Positions 29,189 through 39,310 of a stretch of 64,000 nt of DNA are shown one piece after another. The notes under the pieces were generated by a model. It searched no databases, was not told the DNA's origin, and worked only from the letters and a program-made list of their open reading frames with translations. Origin of the DNA: Xanthobacter sp. (GTDB lineage Bacteria; Pseudomonadota; Alphaproteobacteria; Rhizobiales; Xanthobacteraceae); NCBI GenBank assembly GCA_034676585.1, contig JAUCBY010000002.1, positions 113,432-177,431 of the forward strand, written 5' to 3'. Position 1 is the first letter of the stretch. Each line of letters starts with the position of its first letter. The position numbers were made by a program, and so were the translations under genes.

Positions 29189-30607
29189 CTAGAACTGGAA
29201 ATACAGGAACGGACTATAGGCAGCCGCCCCAACGGAAAGGGCGCACAATACAAATAGCACCAGCATGATGATCGTATCACTTGCTCCATAAATGGCGAGA
29301 CGGGCCTTCTGGGATAACTGACGCAGACCGGGACGCGGCAAGCCGAAGATGGCAAGCGGCCAAGCCAAAATCATGACCACAATGGTAAACCACTGCAATT
29401 CCGTAACCAGGGAAAGGGAGAGCGACCCCACGCCATTGAACCCGAACATGCCCCGGAACATGGCCATAGCGCCATCCAGATCCGAAGTGCGGAACCAGGC
29501 CCAGCTCGTCATCAACACAAACTGGGTATAGAGGAACGAGACGATCACGGGCGCGCGGGCAAGCAGCGTGCCGAATGCCGTGCGCTCCAGCGCCAGAAAC
29601 AGGCCGTGATGGATGCCCCAGATGACATAATTCCAGCTTGCACCATGCCACAAGCCGCAAAGCAGAAACACGACCCACAAATTCAGAAGGGCGCGGGAAG
29701 GCGTCGCCCTGTTTCCACCCAAGGGAATATAGACATAGTCGCGGAACCAGCTCGACAGGCTCATGTGCCAGCGCCGCCAGAACTCGCCAATGGAAAGGGA
29801 GCGGTAGGGCAGATTGAAGTTGCGCGGAAACTTCAGGCCCATCGCGATGGCAAGGCCAATCGCCATGTTCGAATAGCCGCCAAAATCAAAATAGAGCTGA
29901 ATCGCATAGGCGTTCAAACCCATCCAGGCTTCCCACAAATTGGGAGCCGCCGTCTGGTCGTAAACCACGGCCACAATCGGGGCGACCTCATCCGCGATCA
30001 GCACCTTCCATGACAGACCGATCACGAAAATACGCAAACCTGCCGAAACCCGCCCCAATGTTGTGCGGCGCTCGCGAATGCGATGCGAGATAGTGGAATA
30101 GCGAACAATCGGCCCCGCCACCAATTGCGGGAACATGGTGATGTAAACCGCAATCTCCTCAAACCGGCCATTGGCATCTGCCTTGCGGCGATACACGTCC
30201 ACCAGATAGGAAATTGCGTGGAAGGTGAAAAACGAAATACCCAGAGGCAATTCCGCATGAACAATAGGCACATGCAGCCCAAGAGGGGTAAGGGCCGTAT
30301 TCAGGTTGGTGGTCAGGAACCCGATATATTTGAACACGATCAACCCGGTCAGATTGATCGCGACAGCAAAGGCCAGGGCACGCAGGCGGGTCCTGTCCGG
30401 CTGCCGGTCAATAAGCTGGGCCAGAAAGAAGTTTGCGACAATTGAAATGCAGAGAATAAGAAGATCAACCAGCCCGCCCCAGGCGTAGAACACCAGAGAG
30501 AAGACAAGCAGGACCACATTCCTGAGGCGCGTTCCCGGCATGATGAAATAACATGCAAGGAAAAGCGGCAGGAAATAATAAAGGAAGGTGACAGACGAAA
30601 AGACCAT
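29189..30607 (-). CDS. MBOAT-family membrane O-acyltransferase (AlgI/DltB/PatA-like)
   Basis: MVFSSVTFLYYFLPLFL start, WRRWHMSLSSWFRDYVYIPLGGNR, and the conserved His region GLWHGASWNYVIWGIHHG. Confidence 0.9.
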   Translation of the reverse strand: MVFSSVTFLYYFLPLFLACYFIMPGTRLRNVVLLVFSLVFYAWGGLVDLLILCISIVANFFLAQLIDRQPDRTRLRALAFAVAINLTGLIVFKYIGFLTTNLNTALTPLGLHVPIVHAELPLGISFFTFHAISYLVDVYRRKADANGRFEEIAVYITMFPQLVAGPIVRYSTISHRIRERRTTLGRVSAGLRIFVIGLSWKVLIADEVAPIVAVVYDQTAAPNLWEAWMGLNAYAIQLYFDFGGYSNMAIGLAIAMGLKFPRNFNLPYRSLSIGEFWRRWHMSLSSWFRDYVYIPLGGNRATPSRALLNLWVVFLLCGLWHGASWNYVIWGIHHGLFLALERTAFGTLLARAPVIVSFLYTQFVLMTSWAWFRTSDLDGAMAMFRGMFGFNGVGSLSLSLVTELQWFTIVVMILAWPLAIFGLPRPGLRQLSQKARLAIYGASDTIIMLVLFVLCALSVGAAAYSPFLYFQF

Positions 30608-30624
30608 GCTGAAGCCGTTTGCCT

Positions 30625-31437
30625 TTAATAGACAAATTGTTCGCGCAGAATGCGTTCTTCCAGCCCGTGGTCAGGATCGAACAGCATATCAATTGCGGAG
30701 GATGTATCCAGGCGCGCAGACACAGCAACGATATTACGCACCTCGTAATGATCTGCAACTGCGCTGACAGGCCGCTTGTCTGCTTCCAGCACCGCAATAT
30801 CCACCCTCACCCTGTCTGGCACCAGCGCGCCACGCCAGCGCCGCGGGCGGAAGGGGGAAATGGGAGTAACGGCCAGAAGCGCCGTGCCCAATGGCAAAAT
30901 GGGACCATGGGCAGAAAGATTGTAAGCCGTGGAGCCGGCGGGGGTCGCAACAATCACGCCATCACAGATCAGCTCTTCCAGCCGCATGCGTCCATCAATG
31001 GAAATGCGCAGCTTGGCAGCCTGATAGGACTGGCGCAGGAGCGAAACCTCATTGATGGCAGGCGCACGGTGGCGCATGCCATTGCTGTCCATCGCCTCCA
31101 TCAGAAGGGGATGGATCTTCACATGCTGGGCAGCAGCCAGCCGCTCCACCAGAGCGTCTTCACGATAGGTATTCATCATGAAGCCGACAGAGCCGCGGTG
31201 CATGCCATAAATCGGGATACCGCGATCGCGGAAGCGATGCAGGGTCTGGAGCATCAATCCGTCACCCCCAAGGGCAACGATCACATCTGCATCATCCTCG
31301 CTCACACCGCCATAGCGGGCTTCAAGACGCGCGCGCGCATCCTCGGCCTCAGGGGTCTGGCTGGAGACAAATGCAATGCGCCCTGTCGCGCCAAGCTCAT
31401 CACCCGTCGTGACTTTCAGGTCCTGAACGTCATTCAT
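30625..31437 (-). CDS. nadK: NAD kinase
   Basis: [15 protein letters not shown] and [16 protein letters not shown] motifs. Confidence 0.92.
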   Translation of the reverse strand: MNDVQDLKVTTGDELGATGRIAFVSSQTPEAEDARARLEARYGGVSEDDADVIVALGGDGLMLQTLHRFRDRGIPIYGMHRGSVGFMMNTYREDALVERLAAAQHVKIHPLLMEAMDSNGMRHRAPAINEVSLLRQSYQAAKLRISIDGRMRLEELICDGVIVATPAGSTAYNLSAHGPILPLGTALLAVTPISPFRPRRWRGALVPDRVRVDIAVLEADKRPVSAVADHYEVRNIVAVSARLDTSSAIDMLFDPDHGLEERILREQFVY

Positions 31438-31630
31438 TGCGGGCGAAGCTTCCTCTGGCGCGGTATGAAGGAGACCATCAGGGGCACCGGCTACATGCAG
31501 AGCGGCACCAAACGAATTTATCTTCCCCGTCTAAACGCCTTGCCTCCCCTTGTCGAGGTCACGACATTGCCGCAGCGGTCAGGGCAAGGTGATCATGACA
31601 TGTCCGCCACACCCCACGGGAGCGCATTCC

Positions 31631-31966
31631 ATGAGCCAGAACATCAATCTGATCTACTCGACCTTCCCTTCCATCGAGACGGCGGAAAGCGCCGCGCGGG
31701 AGATGGTGGCGGCAAGGCTGGTGGCCTGCGCCAATATCCTGCCGGGCATGATTTCGGTTTATGAATGGAATGGTGCGCTGGAGCGTGGCGAAGAGGTGGT
31801 GGTGGTTTTGAAAACAACCACCACCCGCACAGCAGAAGTGATTGCCCGCCTCACCGCACTTCATCCCTTTGAAGTCCCTGCAATTGTGGTTCTGCCCGTC
31901 AGTGGCGGGCTTCCAGCCTATCTGGAATGGGTCAGCCGCGCTGTGACAGACACAACGGCTCTTTGA
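31631..31966 (+). CDS. cutA: divalent-cation tolerance protein CutA
   Basis: LIYSTFPSIETAESAAREMVAARLVACANILPGMISVYEWNG is the typical CutA1 fold sequence. ATG 31631. Confidence 0.85.
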   Translation: MSQNINLIYSTFPSIETAESAAREMVAARLVACANILPGMISVYEWNGALERGEEVVVVLKTTTTRTAEVIARLTALHPFEVPAIVVLPVSGGLPAYLEWVSRAVTDTTAL

Positions 31967-31972
31967 GCCAGT

Positions 31973-32983
31973 TTACAGCACAGGGTTCCAAAGGCTGGGC
32001 ACATAGCGGAAGCCATCACCATCGCGAGCCACATGAGCTGCACCCGGAAACGGGAAATGATACCCCGCCACCTTCATCCGTTCTTGGGCCAGACGGTTAT
32101 AAACCCGCTTGCGGGTCTGCGCGGCGGCCTCACCATCCATGTCAAACATCACCTGCCAGTCAGGGTTGGCAACAAACAGGGCCGGGATATTGGTGAGGTC
32201 CGACTGGATAAAGAGGGTGTCTCCACCCGAAGCCAGCTCAAACGAGGTATGGCCGGGGGTGTGGCCCGGAGTGCCCACGGCAAGCAGGCCGCTCGCCAGT
32301 TCCCGGTTCCAGCCATAGGTCTCCACCTGCGGCAACACAGGCTTGAATACACGCTGGGCATTGGTGAAAACGCCCTTGAGCTGGTCTGGAGAGCGGCTCA
32401 TCCCGGCTTCATCCATCCAGAACGCCCATTCGGCCTCTGGCACGCGCACACGCGCCTTGGGAAAGGCCGAACGCCCCTGCTCATCCAGCAGGCCGTTGAT
32501 ATGGTCCCCGTGGAAATGGGAGATGATGACCTCATCAATCGTCTCGGGCGCAATGGACAGAGCCTTCAAAGAGCCGGCAAGAAGACCCACGGGGCCCTTT
32601 GAAGGACCATTGCCTGCATCCACCAGAATGCGTTTGCCACCAATATCCAGCAGCAGGACATTGAACGGAATCGAGACCTCGCCGGGCTTTTGCAGGGCCT
32701 GCTCCAGCGCGGCATTCACCTGTTCGGGCGTGGCATTGCGCACAAAGCCCTCTGGCAGCGGCATGGTCCGCAGGCCATCGGCAATTGCCGTAACAGTGAT
32801 GTCACCAACCTTGTAGCGATAGGCGCTGGTCAGGGCCTGCGCCTCATTTTGCGGCGCGGTGCCCGCTGCAGCCGGGGCCTGTGCAGCAGAGGATGCAGAG
32901 GCAAAGGCTGCCCCCGGAACAAGACCTGCACCGGCAAGCCCCGTCGCGGCGACCAAAAGCGAACGGCGGGACATCATTGCCAT
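31973..32983 (-). CDS. MBL-fold metallo-hydrolase with Tat-type signal peptide
   Basis: MAMMSRRSLLVAATGLAGAG twin-arginine leader and the HxHxDH motif (ISHFHGDHINGL). ATG 32983 is preceded by GGAGAG. Confidence 0.85.
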   Translation of the reverse strand: MAMMSRRSLLVAATGLAGAGLVPGAAFASASSAAQAPAAAGTAPQNEAQALTSAYRYKVGDITVTAIADGLRTMPLPEGFVRNATPEQVNAALEQALQKPGEVSIPFNVLLLDIGGKRILVDAGNGPSKGPVGLLAGSLKALSIAPETIDEVIISHFHGDHINGLLDEQGRSAFPKARVRVPEAEWAFWMDEAGMSRSPDQLKGVFTNAQRVFKPVLPQVETYGWNRELASGLLAVGTPGHTPGHTSFELASGGDTLFIQSDLTNIPALFVANPDWQVMFDMDGEAAAQTRKRVYNRLAQERMKVAGYHFPFPGAAHVARDGDGFRYVPSLWNPVL

Positions 32984-33120
32984 GAAACTCTCCGATGCTG
33001 TGCGCGGGCCTCCCATGTGGCAGCCCCAATGTCATTTTGACAGCTGAATGACTCAGGCTTCAAGAATGCACGTCCTGCTGCGGCAGGAAAAGACATCTTT
33101 CCCCTGTTCCCCAGCCAGAA

Positions 33121-33154
33121 ACAAAAACGCCGCCCACATTGCAGCGGGCGGCGT
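33121..33154 (-). terminator. intrinsic terminator of aapJ
   Basis: ACGCCGCCC / GGGCGGCGT stem, followed on the minus strand by TTTTTGTTTC. Confidence 0.65.
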
Positions 33155-33194
33155 TGTTTCAGAATGGTTTGGCGCACATCACATGCGCCTGTTT

Positions 33195-34220
33195 TCACTG
33201 CACCGGCGGTGCGTACTGGATGCCGCCCATATTCCAGAGCTGGTTGATGCCACGGGGAATGCCAAGCTTGGAGCCCGTGCCCACATTGCGCTCAAAGCTC
33301 TCGCCATAATTGCCGACAGCCTTCACCGCCAGAACAACGAAGTCATTCGGCAGGCCAAGTGACTTACCGGCCTTGCCCTCAACGCCCAGCAGATGCTTGA
33401 CGACAGGTTTTTCAGACTTCAGTGCCTCATCCATCTTGGCGGTGGTGATGCCGAGTTCTTCCGCATTCAGCAGGCCATAGAGGGTCCACTTCACGGCGTT
33501 GAACCACTGGTCATCCCCCTGCCGCACCACGGGGCCAAGCGGCTCCTTGGAGATGACATCGGGCAGCACCATGTGGTCCGCCGGCTTTTCCATCTTCAGG
33601 CGCAGGGCATAAAGCTGGGAGACATCGGTGGTGATGGTATCGCACTTGCCATCTGCATAAGCGGTCAGCAGGGCTTCGGAATCCGGCAGGGTCACCAGTT
33701 CCAGTTCCATGCCATTGGTCTTGAAATAGTCCTGCGTGTTCACGGCGGCCGTGGTGCCGGCCTGCACGCACACCTTGGACTTGCCCAGTTCCAGAGCAGA
33801 GGTCAGGTTGCGTGCATAGGGGATCAGGAAGCCCTGACCGTCATAATAGGAGACGCCCGCAAACAGCAGGCCCAGATCGCCCTCACGCTCCAGCGTCCAT
33901 GTGGAGTTGCGCGAAAGCAGGTCAATCTCGCCCTTCTGCAAGGCCGGGAAACGCTCCTCGGCATTGAGGGGCACGAACTTCACCTTCTCGGGATCGCCCA
34001 GCGTGGCAGCAGCGACGGCGCGGCACAGGTCCACATCGAAGCCGGTCCATTTGCCGGAGGCATCCTTTTCGGAGAAGCCCGGCAGGCCCTTGGAAACGCC
34101 GCACACCAGTTCACCGCGTTCCTGCACGGCCTTGAGGGTCTGCGCAGAAGCGGCTGTGGTGGAAACACCTGCGGCCGCGATGGTTGCAGCGCCGGCCAGA
34201 AGGGCCAGGATCTTCTTCAT
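33195..34220 (-). CDS. aapJ: general L-amino-acid ABC transporter substrate-binding protein
   Basis: Strong resemblance to rhizobial AapJ (ISKEPLGPVVRQGDDQWF, GNYGESFERNVG, GGIQYAPPVQ). ATG 34220 (MKKILALLAG). Confidence 0.88.
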   Translation of the reverse strand: MKKILALLAGAATIAAAGVSTTAASAQTLKAVQERGELVCGVSKGLPGFSEKDASGKWTGFDVDLCRAVAAATLGDPEKVKFVPLNAEERFPALQKGEIDLLSRNSTWTLEREGDLGLLFAGVSYYDGQGFLIPYARNLTSALELGKSKVCVQAGTTAAVNTQDYFKTNGMELELVTLPDSEALLTAYADGKCDTITTDVSQLYALRLKMEKPADHMVLPDVISKEPLGPVVRQGDDQWFNAVKWTLYGLLNAEELGITTAKMDEALKSEKPVVKHLLGVEGKAGKSLGLPNDFVVLAVKAVGNYGESFERNVGTGSKLGIPRGINQLWNMGGIQYAPPVQ

Positions 34221-34273
34221 AAATGCCCCCGATTGAGCTGAAGTGAAGAGTGAGTTGAGCGGATGACCACCCC

Positions 34274-34906
34274 TCACAGGGTGGCCTGCTGGCGCACGAT
34301 GACCTTGGTACCCACCGGCACGCGCTGGTAGAGGTCGATAATGTCACTGTTCACAAGGCGGAAGCAGCCCGAGGACACGGCATAACCGATGGTCTGCGGC
34401 TGGTTGGTGCCATGAATACGGTACACGGTGCCGCCAATATAAAGCGCGCGCGCGCCCATGGGGTTACCCGGACCACCCGCCATGAAGCGCGGCAGATAAG
34501 GCTGACGCTGGATCATCTCTGTCGGCGGACGCCAGTCCGGCCATTCCGCCTTGCGCTCGATTTTCTTCAGGCCGTTCCACTGGAACCCGTCGCGGCCCAC
34601 GCCAATGCCATAACGCATGGCGCGGTTGTTGCCCTCGACGAGATAGAGGAAGCGCTCATTGGTATGGATAATAATGGTGCCCGGTGCCTCACTGGTGCGG
34701 AAATACACCGGCTGGCGGCGGAAGGCCGGCTCCAGCACAGCGGTGTCGTCTTCCGGCGGCACATATCCCGGCTGGTCACCAATATCGAGGGTTGCGCCCG
34801 GCACGCCGCGCGGCGGCATCTGCGCCTGACTTTGCGTTGCAAGGCCGGCTGCGCCCACCTGAATCACGGCGGCGAGGGCCAGGGTCTTGAAGAGTTTCGA
34901 CATCAT
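34274..34906 (-). CDS. L,D-transpeptidase (YkuD domain)
   Basis: Signal peptide and catalytic region YRIHGTNQPQTIGYAVSSGCFRL. Confidence 0.88.
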   Translation of the reverse strand: MMSKLFKTLALAAVIQVGAAGLATQSQAQMPPRGVPGATLDIGDQPGYVPPEDDTAVLEPAFRRQPVYFRTSEAPGTIIIHTNERFLYLVEGNNRAMRYGIGVGRDGFQWNGLKKIERKAEWPDWRPPTEMIQRQPYLPRFMAGGPGNPMGARALYIGGTVYRIHGTNQPQTIGYAVSSGCFRLVNSDIIDLYQRVPVGTKVIVRQQATL

Positions 34907-35255
34907 TCCGGCCTCATCTCCCGCATTCGGAAGTCATGGTTTCACCAGATCAACCTTAATCCGCGCTTAACGCGCGGCAGGTAAATGCTTTTTGCATCTC
35001 ACCCGCAAGGCTCCGGCACCAGCCGCCCCTTATGCCGCCTGCACTGGCAGCATATTTCCCACCTCCTGAATTAGCGGACCCGTTCCCAATGGGAAAGGGG
35101 AATCAGGCCGAAAGCGGATTTCGCCCTGCCCCTGCCTTCCGTACATAGGCGGAACGGACATCTGGACGCCGCCGCCCTTCATCCTTACAAGGTCCGCCCT
35201 ATATGAATGGCAAGCCTACCTGCGTGGTGCGCAGGAGTGGGCAAAAGGAGAAGAC

Positions 35256-37217
35256 ATGATTGCTCTGACGTTCCCCGATGGCGCTGTGCGCGAATATCCA
35301 AAGGGGATTTCCGGCGCAGACATCGCTGCCCAGATTTCCAAATCCCTGCTCAAGAAGGCTGTCGCCGTCACGCTCGACGGTGAGATGGCTGATCTTGGTG
35401 GGCCGATCAACCATGATGCCCGCCTTGAGATTGTCACCCGTGATGATCCGCGCGCTGTCACGCTCATCCGCCACGATGCCGCCCATGTGCTGGCAGAGGC
35501 GGTGCAGTCCATCTGGCCCGGCACGCAGGTCACCATCGGCCCGGTGATCGAGAACGGGTTTTATTACGATTTCGCCCGCAACGAACCCTTCACCACCGAT
35601 GACCTGCCGCTGATTGAAGAGAAGATGCGCGAGATCATTGCTCGCGATCGTCCCTTCACAAGGGAAGTGTGGGGCCGCGATGAGGCCAAGAGCGTCTTCA
35701 CCCAGATGGGCGAGACCTACAAGGTGCAACTGGTGGATGCCATTCCTGAAGATCAGGATGTGAAGATCTACAAGCAGGGTGAATGGTTTGACCTGTGCCG
35801 CGGCCCGCATCTGCCCTCCACGGGCAAGATCGGCACCGCCTTCAAGCTGATGAAGGTGGCCGGTGCCTATTGGCGCGGCGATTCCAACAACCCGATGCTG
35901 ACCCGCATCTATGGCACCGCCTGGCATGACCAGAAGGAACTGGACGCCTATCTGCATCGTCTGGAAGAGGCCGAGAAGCGCGACCATCGCCGCCTTGGCC
36001 GCGAGATGGACCTGTTCCACTTTCAGGAGGAGGCACCCGGCACAGTGTTCTGGCACCCCAAGGGCTGGACGCTGTTTCAGGAACTGGTGGCCTATATGCG
36101 CCGCCGCCTGAAGGCCGACTACAAGGAAGTGAACGCCCCGCAGGTGATGGACTCCGTTCTCTGGGAAACCTCCGGCCATTGGGGCTGGTACAAGGAGAAC
36201 ATGTTCAAGGTGCAGTCTGCCGGTGACGAGGTGCGTGATGAGCGCGTCTTCGCCCTGAAGCCGATGAACTGCCCCGGCCATGTGCAGATTTTCAAGCACG
36301 GCCTGAAAAGCTATCGCGACCTGCCGCTGCGTCTGGCCGAGTTCGGCGTGGTGCATCGCTATGAGCCTTCCGGCGCGCTGCATGGCCTGATGCGCGTGCG
36401 CGGCTTCACGCAGGATGATGCCCACGTTTTCTGCACCGAGGAGCAGATGGCGGAAGAGTGCATGAAGATCAATGATCTCATCCTCTCCACCTATGCCGAT
36501 TTCGGCTTCGACAAGATCATCGTCAAGCTCTCCACCCGCCCGGAGAAGCGCGTGGGTTCGGATGCTGTCTGGGATCACGCCGAAGACGTGATGCAGAAGG
36601 TGCTGAAGCAGATTGAGGAGAAGTATGGCGACCGCATCACCACTGGTATCCTTCCGGGTGAAGGTGCGTTCTACGGGCCGAAGTTCGAATACACGCTGAA
36701 GGATGCCATCGGCCGTGAATGGCAGTGCGGCACCACACAGGTAGACTTCAACCTGCCGGAGCGCTTCGGCGCCTTCTATGTGGATGCGGACGGGCAGAAG
36801 AAGACCCCGGTGATGATTCACCGCGCCATTTGCGGCTCCATGGAACGCTTCACCGGCATTCTCATCGAGCATTTCGCCGGCCACTTCCCGCTATGGCTTG
36901 CACCGACGCAGGTGGTGGTGGCGACCATCACCTCCGATGCCGACGACTATGCCTATGACGTGGTTGCGAAGCTGCGCGCTGCCGGGCTTCGGGCCGAGGT
37001 GGATACGCGCAACGAGAAGATCAATCTCAAGGTGCGCGAGCATTCGCTGGCCAAGGTGCCGGTGCTGCTGGTGGCGGGGCGGAAGGAAGCGGCCGAACAG
37101 ACCCTCTCCATCCGTCGTCTTGGCTCGAAAGACCAGACCAGTGGCGGTTTGGATGAGGTGATTGCGGCGCTGGTGAATGAAGCCATACCGCCGGACATGA
37201 AGCCTGCACACGGCTGA
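35256..37217 (+). CDS. thrS: threonine--tRNA ligase
   Basis: 653 aa with TGS, editing, class II core and anticodon-binding domains ([42 protein letters not shown]). AAGGAG RBS. Confidence 0.97.
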   Translation: MIALTFPDGAVREYPKGISGADIAAQISKSLLKKAVAVTLDGEMADLGGPINHDARLEIVTRDDPRAVTLIRHDAAHVLAEAVQSIWPGTQVTIGPVIENGFYYDFARNEPFTTDDLPLIEEKMREIIARDRPFTREVWGRDEAKSVFTQMGETYKVQLVDAIPEDQDVKIYKQGEWFDLCRGPHLPSTGKIGTAFKLMKVAGAYWRGDSNNPMLTRIYGTAWHDQKELDAYLHRLEEAEKRDHRRLGREMDLFHFQEEAPGTVFWHPKGWTLFQELVAYMRRRLKADYKEVNAPQVMDSVLWETSGHWGWYKENMFKVQSAGDEVRDERVFALKPMNCPGHVQIFKHGLKSYRDLPLRLAEFGVVHRYEPSGALHGLMRVRGFTQDDAHVFCTEEQMAEECMKINDLILSTYADFGFDKIIVKLSTRPEKRVGSDAVWDHAEDVMQKVLKQIEEKYGDRITTGILPGEGAFYGPKFEYTLKDAIGREWQCGTTQVDFNLPERFGAFYVDADGQKKTPVMIHRAICGSMERFTGILIEHFAGHFPLWLAPTQVVVATITSDADDYAYDVVAKLRAAGLRAEVDTRNEKINLKVREHSLAKVPVLLVAGRKEAAEQTLSIRRLGSKDQTSGGLDEVIAALVNEAIPPDMKPAHG

Positions 37218-37320
37218 ATCCCCGGAATTGTGCCACCAAATATGGCACATCCAGAGCAGCACCCTCCCGGCCTTGTGCCGGGGTGGGTGAAGGCTGGAAA
37301 TCTCGACCAGACATGACAAA

Positions 37321-37350
37321 GGTCCGGGCATCCTTGCCCGGGCCTTTTCT
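37321..37350. terminator. terminator after thrS, shared with the convergent gene
   Basis: CCGGGCA-TCCT-TGCCCGG stem followed by GCCTTTTCTTGTT. Confidence 0.6.
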
Positions 37351-37376
37351 TGTTCATTCCATCAGAACATGTGCTG

Positions 37377-38444
37377 TCAGCGGATCAGCACGTCCAGTTT
37401 CTGGTTCTGGCCGGGCTCGACCTTGAATTCCATGCTGTAATTGGTGCCATTATTACGCCCGATGGCGGTATAGGCCCCTTCGGAAAGCACCAGAGTTGGC
37501 TGCGCCCCGATGGATTCCTTGATGGTGTCACCGCCGGGCGTGATGACGGTCCACTGCGTGTCCGGCACCATTTCCCCGCCCTTGGTTCTCACCAGCTTCA
37601 GGGTCACCTCAGCCGCACGGTGATGCATGGTGGCATCCGTCAGCTTGCCGGTTGCCACATTCACATCCGCGCGCACCACCGCATTGGCATCGCCATAGGT
37701 GGAAACGACATGATAGATGCCCTCGGGCAGCAGCAGCATTTCACCGGCCGGTGCCCCCTTGTAATAGGGCTGGCTTGAAGCACGCCCCTGCAGGAATGAG
37801 CCTTCAAAAATATCGAAGGTCACACTTTGCGGGTTTATCGCGGTTTTTTCCACATCCGCCTGCAAGCGCAAGCCACCCGCCGGAAGCGTGAAGGTTTCAC
37901 GCTGGGACACCAGCTCAAGCGTCATCTCTTTGGCAAGGCTGGCCAAGCCATAAGAGACATGGACGATATATTTTCCGGGCGTCAGGAAGAAGACGGGCAT
38001 CGCCTCCTCTGCCTCCTCCGCCACCAGAGGAAAAGCCCCGGTTGCAGCATCTGGCTGGGCAGAGAACACACGCCACACAAGGCCGCGCGCAATAGGATTG
38101 CTGCCAGCGCCATAACCGGCATGAACACCCAGCGCCACCTTGCCTTCCGGCGGCTGCGGCAGCACCTCATGCGGCTGGCGCGCATTCCCGGAAGGGGACT
38201 GCAACACACGCCCGGCCTCTCCCGAAAATGGGCCGGCCTGCTGGGAGGGCGGTGTTACACCCAGAAATTGCATGGTCTGCGCAAAGGAAGCCGATGGAAT
38301 AACCATAAGTTGTGCAGAGGCCAGCATGATCCCAAGCGCCCGATAAAGTCCCGCCGGGCGACGTGAGGCATTCGAGGTATCAACCACACCGGATGGCCGA
38401 ACCACCCGTGCGCATCGCATTTTGCTCATGTTCCTGAGGTGCAC
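37377..38444 (-). CDS. hypothetical periplasmic protein with three internal repeats
   Basis: Signal peptide ending SASFAQ. Three roughly 90-aa modules share P-G/E-G-x-Y-x-V...G...V/L (LTPGKYIVHVSYG, LLPEGIYHVVSTYG, VLSEGAYTAIGRNNG). Confidence 0.7.
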   Translation of the reverse strand: MHLRNMSKMRCARVVRPSGVVDTSNASRRPAGLYRALGIMLASAQLMVIPSASFAQTMQFLGVTPPSQQAGPFSGEAGRVLQSPSGNARQPHEVLPQPPEGKVALGVHAGYGAGSNPIARGLVWRVFSAQPDAATGAFPLVAEEAEEAMPVFFLTPGKYIVHVSYGLASLAKEMTLELVSQRETFTLPAGGLRLQADVEKTAINPQSVTFDIFEGSFLQGRASSQPYYKGAPAGEMLLLPEGIYHVVSTYGDANAVVRADVNVATGKLTDATMHHRAAEVTLKLVRTKGGEMVPDTQWTVITPGGDTIKESIGAQPTLVLSEGAYTAIGRNNGTNYSMEFKVEPGQNQKLDVLIR

Positions 38445-38695
38445 AAAATTCGAGGCGGATTCAAGTCAATCCTGCCAAAACTCTCAAAAGACGCGACCAT
38501 CTGTCCACCATCCGGTGGGCCGCCACCTGCAAGGCCCATTTCCCATGCGCTTGTGCAGGTGCCCTGCATGATAATGCTAAAATGCTTCAAATTATTGAGT
38601 TACCGCATTTTCCTGACCCAACCCGGTCCCCTCCGCGGGTGAAAATGCTCTATAGCTCTGCACCAGCTCCTTGATATTCACATAAGGTGTTTGTG

Positions 38696-39259
38696 ATGAC
38701 CGATGCCCTCGCTGTGCTGCGTACCCGCCGATCTTCCCGTCTGATGGACCTTGTCGAGCCCGGCCCGAGCGGAGAAGCTCTTGAAACCCTGCTGACAATT
38801 GCCGCGCGCGTGCCAGACCATGGCCGCCTTGTGCCGTGGCGCTTTGTGCTGTTCGAGGGAGAGGGGCGCAACCGTGCAGGCGAGGCTCTGGCGCGCATCC
38901 ATGCTGAAGAACACCCGGATGCAGATGAAAAGCGGCTGAATGAGGAACGCGAGCGCTTCACCCGCGCACCTCTGGTGCTGGCTGTGGTGACAAGCCCGGT
39001 GGCACACCCCAAGATTCCCGAATGGGAGCAGCTTCTGTCGGCGGCGGCCTGCTGCCAGAATGCATTGGTGGCTTCGGCCGCCCTGGGTTTTGGAGCCACA
39101 TGGCTCACGGAATGGCCGGCTTTTGATACCCGCGCCCGTGCGGCCCTTGGCCTTGCAGAGCATGAACGCATCGCCGGCTTTATCTATATCGGCACCCGCG
39201 CACAGGTTCTGGAAGAACGCCCCCGGCCAGACCTTGAAAAGATTGTGACCCGGTTCTGA
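38696..39259 (+). CDS. nitroreductase-family protein
   Basis: LRTRRSSR, PDHGRLVPWRF and AACCQNALVASAALGFGATW segments. ATG 38696 is preceded by AAGGTG. Confidence 0.85.
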   Translation: MTDALAVLRTRRSSRLMDLVEPGPSGEALETLLTIAARVPDHGRLVPWRFVLFEGEGRNRAGEALARIHAEEHPDADEKRLNEERERFTRAPLVLAVVTSPVAHPKIPEWEQLLSAAACCQNALVASAALGFGATWLTEWPAFDTRARAALGLAEHERIAGFIYIGTRAQVLEERPRPDLEKIVTRF

Positions 39260-39282
39260 GCCGGGCATTACCCATACAAGAG

Positions 39283-39310
39283 CAGGCGCGGTGACAGATC
39301 ACCGCGCCTG
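39283..39310. other. perfect 12-bp hairpin overlapping the tag stop codon
   Basis: CAGGCGCGGTGA-CAGA-TCACCGCGCCTG between the convergent nitroreductase and tag genes. No U tract on either strand. Confidence 0.4.

Noticed and set aside
30619-31764. 381-aa ORF on the plus strand
   Set aside because: It is antisense to nadK and then runs through the nadK/cutA intergenic region in a frame different from cutA. No motifs.
35199-36884. 561-aa ORF on the minus strand
   Set aside because: It is entirely antisense to thrS, whose product has unmistakable ThrRS motifs. The antisense translation is a low-complexity Gly/Ala/His/Leu-rich sequence with no motifs, a typical GC-rich shadow ORF.
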